A stretch of 64,000 bases of DNA, taken from contig DF237015.1 in the NCBI GenBank assembly GCA_000708835.1, forward strand, positions 62,001 to 126,000. Reading direction: 5' to 3'. The translations under genes and the position numbers were made by a program. The notes beneath the pieces were generated by a model, which was not told where the DNA came from, searched no databases, and saw only the letters and a program-made list of their open reading frames with translations. Below, in pieces: positions 49,401 through 59,600 of the stretch. Each line of letters opens with the position of its first letter. The first letter of the stretch is position 1. The DNA is from Klebsormidium nitens (lineage: Eukaryota > Plantae > Klebsormidiophyceae).

Positions 49401-51190
49401 GAACAGGTGTTACCAGCCGCTTCTCGTTAGTGCAGCATTCCTCGCACCTTCCATCTTTCTGAGTTGCGCAGAAACTTTCTTTCGGCCGCCGCTCGTACGT
49501 TGAGGCTGAACTCTCGCCTCCCTATGCTGAAATGATTTTGCCGGCCAGGTGCAAACGGTTTAAGGATCCGTTCGACTTAGAACGCGATGAGTTGAGAGAT
49601 CTTCCACTCGACTTACTTCAACGATCGCGTCGGGGAACCGGTTCCTCTCAGGCGACCAGATACTGCGTCATGGACTCCCTTTGGTCGCCAAACGCAATTT
49701 CAATTTGAGATGCCGGCTGTCGGATGATACTTTACCTCAGCCTGGAAGCACGAATGTACCTCGACAATTCACGCCCGAATGCTAAAATCCTCTCATCACT
49801 GTTTGATCTGCTGACGTCGTCTTGCTGACGTCGTCTCGATCAATTTTGTGCAGGCATCTGTACCTGGGCCGTCTCGCCATCGTCATCATGGCTGGCGTCG
49901 GGGGATCGATCCCCCTTAGGCGACCAAATACTGCCCCACAGAGCTGCTTTGGTCGCCAAAGGCAGTTTCCAAGATGTCATGTGGGCCGTCGAATATTTTT
50001 TCCCTCAAAATTAGTCGCGCTTATCAACGTTTAATCTCACTGATCAACACTGCGCAGGCATCTGTACCTCGGCCGTCTCGCCATCGTCATAATGGCCGTC
50101 GGCGGAACCCTTCCGCTTCTCGCGGACCCCAAGGTCCTCAACGCGACCACCGTGAGCGGGACTGTAGTGCTCGGGCTGGGCCCCCCGGTCTACGCCCTCA
50201 TGTTCATCAAGGGCTACCGACCGCTCGTGTTCCACCTGCCTTTCTGGACCGGGGTCGCCTTCGGCGTCGTCTTCCAGGTGAGTCTCGAGTCCAGGTTCTA
50301 TGGGGGGAGAATAAAGCGACTGTCTCAAGTGCATGCTTCGGTTAACTTTTGAGCCTCAACCATTGATGACCTGACCTCTGGAAACTGTAGCGAAGCAGGG
50401 GAAGGAGGCTCTCTTCGGAATTCAAGCAAGAAACAACGAAATTCATAACAAAGCTCTCAGCTAAAGAGCTCCACAAACGTCTGTGACCTGACGGTCGGTG
50501 CAATCCTGGCTGAACCAGATGACTCACAGAAGGTCTCCTTCTGGAACTATCTCAGCAAAACGGGGGACTCCGTTCATTCTTGGGTTTTCCAGATGTGAAG
50601 AACCCTGGAAAGCAGGCCAGGTCAATTTCTTCACCAGTATCGATTGTTTTTGCGTTGAGCCAGATTAAGATCCATATTTATTGGCAGCGGGTGGACGCAC
50701 ATTACCAGAACTCTAAATACAGATTCTGACGTTCCGCACCATTTTCTACCCTAACCTCCAAAGTAGCCCCAACCCGCCGCTCGGGCACCGACTTACCTCA
50801 GGCCGGCGATTACTTGACCTGAACCCGTAGGATTGGTTCTAAACGCTTAACCAACGTTCAACTAACGCCACTGCTTTTCAGTTATCTTCCGCGAGTTGCT
50901 GCCGCGACTACATCAACGTCAAAGGCTTTGCCATGGGCTCCGGGTCGGAGCAGCTGCTCCTCGGGTTCAACGTCATTGGGTCGCTGTGCGCGTGGGGCGT
51001 GTGCGGAATCTGTCTTCTGGAAAACGTGCCGGCGTATCACTTACTGAAGACGCCGGGCGCGGACGAGTCCGTGCTTGGGTCAATGACCGGTTGGTTCCGC
51101 CGGGGGAGGAAGGACGACCGGAAGGAAGCGGAAGCGGACTACGAGGACGTCAAAAGCGCGGACGTCGAAACGCCCGCGAGCGCGCGCTAG
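43496..51190 (+). CDS. Sodium:solute symporter (SSS/SLC5-like, bacterial 'Na+/proline symporter' type), multi-pass membrane protein
   Basis: Exons 43496-43650, 44247-44315, 44836-44981, 45443-45645, 46160-46264, 46905-47139, 47703-47869, 48226-48401, 48824-49045, 50058-50277, 50882-51190 join in frame. Motifs WIFAKSINNASTLG, YRLFQEVWSNS, YSFTGGMRASLLTDAVQ, SYPFFDPVLTDRCF, SISTVDSTFTSTAKL. Substrate unknown. Confidence 0.9.
46223..46660 (+). repeat. Diverged 4-unit array (about 110-135 bp period) made of the exon 3' end plus intron start
   Basis: Exon end ACGGGGGGAATGCGGGCCAGCCTCCTTACGGACGCCGTTCAG|GTGAG recurs at about 46359-46405, 46474-46525 and 46582-46623. Each recurrence is followed by GCTGTCC..(C/T/A)(G/T)TGTC. 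Confidence 0.75.
49627..50130 (+). repeat. Duplicated acceptor and exon start, with repeated palindrome + hairpin units, upstream of symporter exon 50058
   Basis: TGCAG|GCATCTGTACCTGGGCCGTCTCGCCATCGTCATCATGGC at 49854 versus GCGCAG|GCATCTGTACCTCGGCCGTCTCGCCATCGTCATAATGGC at 50058. Palindrome + hairpin units at 49632-49689 and 49900-49957. Confidence 0.85.
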
Positions 51191-52879
51191 GAGCGATTTG
51201 ACAGTCAGCGAGGCGATTGCCGTAGACTCCTTTTTCGTTGATAGTACTGGTCGGAATCAGAGCTTGTACTCGGAATCTAGGTTGCATTCACTGTGTGGCG
51301 CGCACGCGTTGCATAGCCGAGCCTTTTGAACGAGTCGCGCAAAGGAAAAAATTGCTCGCGTGTTGGCTGGGGGTTGGACAAGGACAAGGACTCGTAGCTA
51401 GATATTCCCGTGAGGCCCATTGCTTCAGGACCGAAGCCGATTCAACGAAACGCAGAGTATTTTCTGACGGGTCAGAGATCAAGATTCAGACCATCATAAG
51501 CTTGCAGGATAATTTGAGAATCTGAGTCTGGGCAAGCATCGGTGTAGGTAGTGGCGAGGAGCCTAGAATAAGCCGCTGGTAAAAGCTGCCATCGGCCAGC
51601 CGACGCTGCAGCACACGTTGGAACAACAATCCATACCTATGCTTTTCAGGCCGAATTCGACCGTCCGACGTGATCGATGATATAATAATTTGGTCATTTT
51701 AGTGAATACGTCTATGATCGTTCTTCTGCAACTCTGTGCATGGCCATGTCATGGATCATAATTAAGCCGAAGCGCCTAGTGACTTTAAGGAAATACCAAG
51801 TTGCGCTTTGGTTGCAGTCCCATGGCTTGCCATGCTTTAAAATTTCAAAGCATTTGAACCATTAATGGGCGAAGCGCCGGTCCGACTTAACCAGTCGTCT
51901 TTGATGAATGATGCATCAACCGTTGCGCGGGCATCCGGATTCGGCTTTAATTGATCTAATGATCTAGATATATCGAACAAGCCCCGGTGCCTTGGGCGGC
52001 CTGCCGGCCATGCATCATGTTGCTGGCGCATGGGCGCCTAGCTGTTGTTTGTAAGTTCTCAGTGGACCGGACACTGTGCGCATATATATCATGCAGCGCC
52101 TAACAGGCTCGCAGATTTCACGTGCGCAATGCCACCGCGTGACATAATGCACATGATCAGTATCGAATTCTATAATTCATATTGCGAATGCGCAAATTTT
52201 CATGAAAATCGGGTCACAAGCAGCATCAATCTTATGATATCTTCGTATTGGAACGCGTACGATGATTGGACAGCCGAAGCTGCGCGCCGGTTTGAACTAC
52301 AGATGTATACCAACACGAACTGCACTTCAAATTCAATACCCTACGACAATCGTTCTATAATTTGCCTGGTCGGCGGCAGTGACGCATATGCGATCTGAAG
52401 TGCGACGTCACATGTATAATTCTAAGTATAGATAAGAATAAAAGAACCAGTTTCAAGAGAGCCTACTACCGTCTAACTCCAATCAGAGAAGCCTATGGCC
52501 GAATTGGGTACGGCATATTTGAAAGAGACCATCATACCTATGTATGTAGCTATGCAGATCGGACAAATGGTATTAAGCGATTGGTCACAAGTCCGGCACA
52601 TAAAAAAGGCTTGACTTGTAGGTTTGGCCACTTGCCTGATTGATCGTTCTCACCCACTCCGACCATCTTGTATGAATTACGTACCTACTCTGGTTATCAT
52701 CTCATGGACCTGGGAGCAAGTGCCTATTCATGATCTCTTCTGGACATGACTTGTAGCGATGGCAAGCTTCAAATTCAAAACCAGATTGGGCTTCGCCGGA
52801 GACCGCATGCTTCCTGGCTCCAAGGTAGCTAAAGGCAGCATTTGTTGAGGACTTGCCATCAAGAATAAATTACCCCGTA

Positions 52880-54513
52880 CTACTTTCTTCGGGCGCAATG
52901 TTTCTTGTGTGATGCCCAATGTAGCTTCTGATGCTCTTTGCTGCACATGGGCCAACTTCTGATTCAGCCAGGGAACTCAAAACATTGAAACAAGAAGCTG
53001 ATCTTTCCGTTTTGGAACTTCTTGCTCTTGGTTGAGCCTATAGTAATCACTCTCATAGAGAGCCAGCCTTGGACACAGCTGTGCTCAGACCTCTTGAGCA
53101 CAAGAAACCCAAGCTAGTGCTATGTTGAAGCAAAGTGTGTTGTCTCCTTCTCGTACTCGCAAACGCTAGTGCAGTCCGATGAATTGCAACAGAAAACGAG
53201 GGGCTCAAACGGCCACATTTGTGAGACTCAAATCTTCACACAAACAGACAGTCACTATCTAAACCTTTCTTTGTCTTATCAATTTGAAGCGAAAGAAGTA
53301 GGTGCAAAAGTGACCCCACAATGATCCATCTACGACAGGGCGCCTTACCTGCAGTAGCGCGACACCCCGCAGCCGCCACAGACACTCAGCATCCTCTCCG
53401 CTGACTGTGGCTCAGCAGTACAGTGTTCCCACGAGCAGACCGTTGGAGCGCCTGTGGACGCCGCCTTTCTTTGCTTCCACAGAAATTTGAGACGGTTCCT
53501 TACCGTGGCACTTCCACGCCGTTGTTTATCATCGCACTCTTCATCCAAGACCACATACTACGGCGCTCAGGGAAGGCTAAGTCGATTATTTTTGAGCAGG
53601 GCTCAAAGATGGCAACCGCCCCGCAGTCTTTGAGCTTTCTAAACGCGTCTATTGAGTCGAACAGTCGCATCAGCACAAAGGTGCAAAGCTCAAGCTCGAC
53701 AGTATCGGTTCTCAACTGCCGGCCGTACTGCTGTTCTAGACAAGTGAAGCCTCCCGCTAGGAGCTTCACAAATTCTGCATCGCCAGCAACCCACTCAATG
53801 CTGTCGGGAGAAAGTGCGAGCGCTATGGTGAAGTTGGTTATCACCGTTTGGTTCAACTTGAAGCTTTCATCCGGTGGCATGTTTCCGTACACTTTCAGAA
53901 GGAACGACATTGCGGGAAAGACAGATGCGGTCCGGATGGTGTCTCTGAACTCCCTCGATATAACGGCAAAGTTGAATAGCCCTTCCAACCCCCAGGTTAT
54001 CATGGACTGGAATGCCTCAAGCGCAAAGGATCCCAGGTCTTTCACCTGGAATGTTTCAGATTCATTCCTGCCAAGAAGCAGGGCACTGCTGAATTAAGAG
54101 CACAACTGATCTGCAGCCCCATCCTCTTTTAGGAGCGCCAGCGCTAAGACGTCGCTGCAACACATCTTAATGATGAACGCGAAGGCAGAGTGGCCAAGTA
54201 GATGGGTGGCATCCATTCTGTCCATACCCACTAGACATTCTTCCAGGTTGGTGGGGAGCTGCTTCAGGAGTTTTCGCAGGATAGCACCTTTCTCATAGAC
54301 AGCTAGCTCTTGCAGAGTTCTTGAAAATCGGATGACAGAGTCTGCTTTTGGTGAGTCCCTCAGCAGAGTCAGAGAAGCTATGGCCTGCCATTGGTCGAGC
54401 GCCTCGCCGGTCAACAGCTGGGCTGCATATGCAGCAACGGCGCTTTCCATCCTCATGACAAGGTCTTGAATTTGTAGCTCGCGAATTGCCAGCACACCAT
54501 GTGACAGATTCAC
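52880..54513 (-). CDS. Helical N-terminal region + C-terminal zf-MYND protein; 5' end and two internal junctions uncertain
   Basis: MYND finger is split by the intron 53348-52941: CSWEHC..CGGCGVSRYC(S)|KEHQKLHWASHKKHCARRK*. The upstream ORFs 54513-54094 and 54045-53500 can be joined by plausible introns (acceptor at 54068 with CTTAAT branch site; GTATGT donor 53558 to CAG 53452). Confidence 0.7.
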
Positions 54514-55020
54514 AGTGACACAGTCAAACGAATGCCTCTGGCATGAGCAAAGTCGTCCGACATCCGCCGCCGGTCCTCATTCAAATTGCAGCTTGCTAAA
54601 CCGACAGGCTGCTCCTGGCCCTGGGCCTGTATTCAGAAAGTTGGTGTCGGATTTCTCGGTGTCGGATTTTGGAGAGTCGTAGCCAGCAGAGGCTCGGTGC
54701 GGACCGCCGAGTTCGTCATAAATTCAAGGGTACCGTTCATCGCACGGAACAAAATTAAGAAGGATAAGTAATCAAATAAGCTGAGATAATAACACGGTAT
54801 CACTGCACCGAAATGGGGTAGGGTTAGTATGGGGGCTTAGGCTGGATATGGGTGGAAAGCGGGTATTAATTCCGGTTACAATTTCTGGTTTTAGTAGGGG
54901 TTTTGGTACTAGGTATATGATATCGAGTGGCATATATTACGCATTATGCATATATTACGGTATATCTCCCTAGTCTCATAAGATGTGCAGTCCGGCCCCA
55001 TTCCAATTGCAGCTAGGCGT

Positions 55021-55074
55021 GCTCTCTCGCGCCAGTTCCCCTTGAGGACATTGGTCGGAACTGGCGCGAAGAGC
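55021..55074. repeat. GC-rich inverted repeat (about 18-bp stem, one bulge, 17-nt loop)
   Basis: GCTCTCTCGCGCCAGTTCC ... GGAACTGGCGCGAAGAGC; the core CGCGCCAGTTCC / GGAACTGGCGCG is a perfect match. Confidence 0.85.
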
Positions 55075-56628
55075 AAGATCTACAAGATTTTCGGCGCGAG
55101 AATGAAGGCGGGGGTAGGTACTGACCGGAGCGTCCTCTTCGATGATGGGAGCCTTGCAAATCCAATACCCGGAAATCTGACACCAAGTTTATGGTTATCT
55201 GGGCCTGGGCCTGGCTACCGGAATTAGGTACCTAGGTAGGTACGGTAGTATTGAGTCTACGCATTGCGGGTGGACTACGGTACGTCAAACCACGCCCGGG
55301 CAGAGAGTACTGCTTCGGAAAAACCTTTATTACTTTCTTGTATATTCAGAGACTAATTCGATTGTCCCTATACATCTGACCCCCTGCGCTGCCTATCATA
55401 AGGGCTTGATAGGCTTTGGAGTCTGAGCTGGCAGTGACGAATTTCATAATCGGTGCAATTCGTGAGATCTTTTGGTGCTACACGAGGCAGGATGTGTCTA
55501 GGTCTGGTCATCAAGATTCAAACCCTGGGGCCTGGTGGCAGTGGCAGAGCCAGTACAGCTCAATAAGGACCTTGCTGGGGGCTGCTATGCATAACGCATA
55601 ACTTATAAGGGGTTGGTCTCACTCCGTTCGTGCCCGGGGGTAATAAGGGGACATGTCCCTGGGAGGCCTGCATACTCATATCCAGGTTAGCCGGTGAAGG
55701 TGGCCGGTTTCATCCGCAGTTATCAGAGGTGTTCCGGTGCCCGAACGTTTAGACGTCCAGGCGTTTCACGGGCTGCAACTCAGCTTCTTTACCGTACAGA
55801 GGCTATCTAGCTGGAAGAGAAGCCTCAAGTTAACCGTCGGCCTGATTGGAAGGATTTGACGGATTTTGATCGTGTGCGCTGCTTTGATTGGCTCGGTTCA
55901 CGTGCCCCGGTCCGCAATCGTCGATCGGAGCACGCGTACGGCTGCATGTCGGTGCTTGGCGAGAAGCGATCCCCTTGCGCGCCCTTCGACCCCTTCCCAA
56001 CCAATTCTCTGCCGACAAACATGGGAAACCAATCATGAACCCTGAATGACATTTATCGAGCCACTCTTAGCTTGCCACGTGGAAATCATGTCAGGTATGA
56101 GCCGTGGATTTGTGTTCGTACTAGGTCGGGCGTATCTTTTTCAAAATTTCAAAATTTGCTCGCGAGTCGCAGTCGCAGCTCTTGAGTTGTCTTGAGTCTT
56201 GACTCAAGACATCAGTCTGCAGCTGACGGGCCAAAAAGAACCGGAACGCCGGAAGGGGGGTGAACGCAGCAGCAACGCTGGGCGAACGGGGGGACAGCAA
56301 AGAAACGCTTGGCGCTCACAATCGAGGCTACGGTACCCGCTCCTGCTCTCTCCTCAGAAGAGCATTGAACTTGAAGAAGTCTACCTACCCAGAAGAGCAT
56401 TGAAGAAGTCAATCAAACTTGCAATCTGACGGATTTCTTGCTCTGTTCAAGAAGGATCTCAGGACAGCCGCCGCCAGCATGGTAAAGTGAAGCTGTTGGA
56501 AATTGCTGGACGGTGAAGGGCGCTAGTCGAAGCTGCTTCGCATGTCTGTTAGAGGCAGACACACTCAGACGTCCAACAATGCGCATTTGGTGCATTGAAA
56601 GATATCAAAGTTGCAGTTCAGCTTTATC

Positions 56629-59600
56629 ATGGAGGACGCATTTAAGCTCTTACAGAATGCTAACAGCATAGACGAGTTGAAGGAGGTTCTTAGCAGCCTT
56701 GAAGAGCTCTTTGCACAGTGTGCAAAATCTTCAACTGTAGGACCCTCCAATAGGCGCAACCCTGGAGCGACAGCCAAAACCCTAGGTCCTTCAATTGCTC
56801 AGTTGCTAAAAATCTGCTTTGGGAAGCTGAACACTGCATCGACCAGCAGTCAAGCGGAGACTGAGAAAGCCTCTTTGTACGCATCTGCTGCCATACTCAG
56901 CATTGACGCTCTCAGCACCTTGCACGGTCTCAGGCCGCTAGAGGTCGAAATCCAGCGGTACAATCTGATTCGAAGGCTAGTGTCATGGCAGAAGCACAGA
57001 GCAGCCCTCCTTCAGGGTTGGATTCTATTTGCAAGCCTTAGATGCCAGGTTGCGGGGTTGCACGCCAGAAGTGATGAGGAGAAGAAGGAAATGCTGATAA
57101 AAGCAAGGGCCTGGCATGTGAAAAAGGTGGGACTACTAAATCTAAGAGCAGCTGCGAGCGGGGGGCCTGGCAGAGAATCAGTGGAGAGCTTAGTTAAGGT
57201 GAAGGTGGTTGAGCTCCAAAGTCCAGGTCAGGAAGAAGCAGCCGAGATGGTGACGCTTGTGGTTGGGAGCATCCTGAACCTGCTCATCTGTTTGTTGGAA
57301 ACAGCGCCTATGAGCATGACAGCTCTTGAAGAGCTGCGGCCAGCCATCGATATTTTGGGTTTGTGGATCAGGTGAGCGAATGCGGCCTTGCCGCAGCATC
57401 AGCAACTCTTTACGAGACTCGTGCTTTCCAGTGACCACTTTACCTCTAGAAACATGGCCATGTGATTTTATGATGTCAAACATCTGAATGCAACTTTGTG
57501 GGGGCTGTTATCCATATTGCTAATCTCGTTCACTGGAATTGCAGCAAGCTGGATGATGCTACGGCGGCAAAGCACCGGGACTCGTTGTTCCGGTGCTTGT
57601 ACAAGGCCGCATGCCAGCTGCTCCAAATGGTGACGTCGCCCATCGGCTTAGCCTGCCACTACTGCAGCTTAGCCCTTCATGCCTGCAGCCAATCTTCCTC
57701 GAACACTCGGTATCTGCAGGTAACTTGACACCTCCCGTAATGCAATTTCTTGAACGCTTCCTGTCTTTCTTGACGTCTTGCTTGGATGTTGGAGCTTACC
57801 ACCTGAGATGCTTGACATGCTCTCTGATGCACCTTGGCATTGTCACAAACCCGAATCTATGCAGGTGGCGCAAAAACTGAGCCGCAGTCTGACAGAGAGG
57901 GACCCAAACAAAGGTCTTGCTTTCTACCAAGATTGCCTCCAGAGCATTTCCGTTGGTACGCAGGTGCGTAACAAAGTTTGCAATCTGCGTCCTCTGTGCA
58001 TTTGCTTACAAACAGGAAACTCTTCCAAATTGACTGAGCAAGCCCTGAAGCACATCATCAAATCGCCAAAGCCAGGACCTTGCAACTGCTGTCCTTTGTG
58101 GTGCCTACCTCCGACGCGTTTCTGAGTGTGCGTGGTCATCCTCACATGGCTCTCTTTTCCTTCAGGGGTCCAGTTCCTCAGACATCCTGGCTCTGGTTGC
58201 AAGTTACACCCAAGCCTGCATTGATCACGCATCTGAAGAAGCCGGGTGTCACATGATGTACAACCTGTCACTTACTCATCAGGTAATGCTCCACCGCTCT
58301 GAATTGTAGATGTGTATCTATTTCCAGAAGCTCAGCTGGAGCTAAGATCACTTCAAAGGACCCCGTTGTGGCTTTCTCATTTCAGCAATAGTACACTCTT
58401 CTGCATGAAGTTTGCACACCCCTAAGCTACCAATTGGAGACAGGGGCTAAGTCCAATTCATGCATCATCTGGCATACCTGACCAGTCTTTCGTCTTGGCA
58501 GATCACTGGTCTCCACATCCTGCCATTGCTCCTTAACTTAGAACCCGACCAGCTGCTGAAGCTGTCAAAAGGGAATCAGAAGCGGTCAGCCAAGCCTTGC
58601 TTGCAGAGCTACCTGTCATCTGTTCAAAAGGCGATGTCTGCAGTCGATAGCACGCTCAATGACCTACTGCAACTGGAGAAGCGCCGGGTAGAGAAGGAAG
58701 CTTTCTCAGAAGCAGAGGCAATCCTGCTCTCACTCGTCCCAGTCCTGGAGCTCCTCCGCAAAGCTGCCTCTAGGCACGTTGAGAACACGTGGCAGGCTTG
58801 GGTTGCGTCTGAAGGTAGCGAAAGGCATGGAAAAGGAAGTGCCGCTGGAGTGGAGGCTGTGCAAGGGGCAGTGGAAGAGGGCCTGCTGCTTTGGGTCACC
58901 AGCCTGGACGTTTTCTGCAGGTATGTGATACGGGTCTAGGCTTCATTTGAGTGGTTGGCACAGACTGTTTTGATGCAGTCTGAGAGTTTGTTGGATCTGC
59001 AGGCCTCTCCTTTCTTATGCTTAACCTGCTATTTCGCAATCCGTCTTCAATCTCACGATACTTAAGCATGCAGACCAGTCCTCTTGTGTTAAGTCTCCTC
59101 CAATCCTGTCTGTGTAAGGTAGACTACGCGGGGCAATGATAGGGCAAGTTTTGGGTACAATCAATATTGATGATGCATGCCTAACGTCCTGCAGTCTGCG
59201 GAAGAAGAGCAAGTTGAGCGGCGATGCATTCACCAAGCTGTTGACCTCGTTGCCGTCCGTTCTGTCAACCCGGATGCGACTGTGCCTGGCGAAGGACGAA
59301 GAAAAGGTTAGCAACTCCCAACCCTTTCATCCCAGTCTTCTCCCCAGTCGTCTCTTGGGCTTCGATCGTTGGAGGCTGCTTCGAGTCTCCCTGACGTCGC
59401 TTTGGTGACTGCTGAGAGACGCTGGTTGATTACTCCCAGCATTGATGAAAATCCTGCTTCAACAAGAACTGGTTGTTCGTTGCCAGGTCCTGACCGAGTT
59501 GCAGCTGGCGAGTAAATGGACGCAGAAGCTGAGCGAGCTTGGCGTGGGTAGAGAGCTCAAGGGGCTGTCCTCAGGCATGTACAACCTGGGTGTGCAGCTC

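Noticed and set aside
52045-52398. 117-aa plus-strand ORF between the symporter and MYND genes
   Set aside because: Non-ATG start, AT-rich composition, no motifs, and it overlaps a CATG-rich spacer block.
42400-52800. TPP riboswitch in or near the symporter gene
   Set aside because: I read the leader, most introns and the 3' region for CUGAGA plus CCCU..GAACCUGA..UAAU..GCG.AGG in the right order. Only partial look-alikes appear (44095-44190, 50365-50405, 50812-50832). An Infernal scan would be decisive.
53452-54096. zf-MYND locus as a pseudogene (in-frame TAA at 54094 and apparent frameshift at 53500)
   Set aside because: Both breaks can lie in ordinary introns. The TAA sits in a CTTAAT branch motif before a pyrimidine tract and CAG at 54068, and a 107-nt GTATGT..CAG intron (53558-53452) restores the MYND frame. 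Not fully excluded without RNA data.
54810-54910. Interstitial telomeric repeat
   Set aside because: G-rich, but with no tandem TTTAGGG or TTTTAGGG units.
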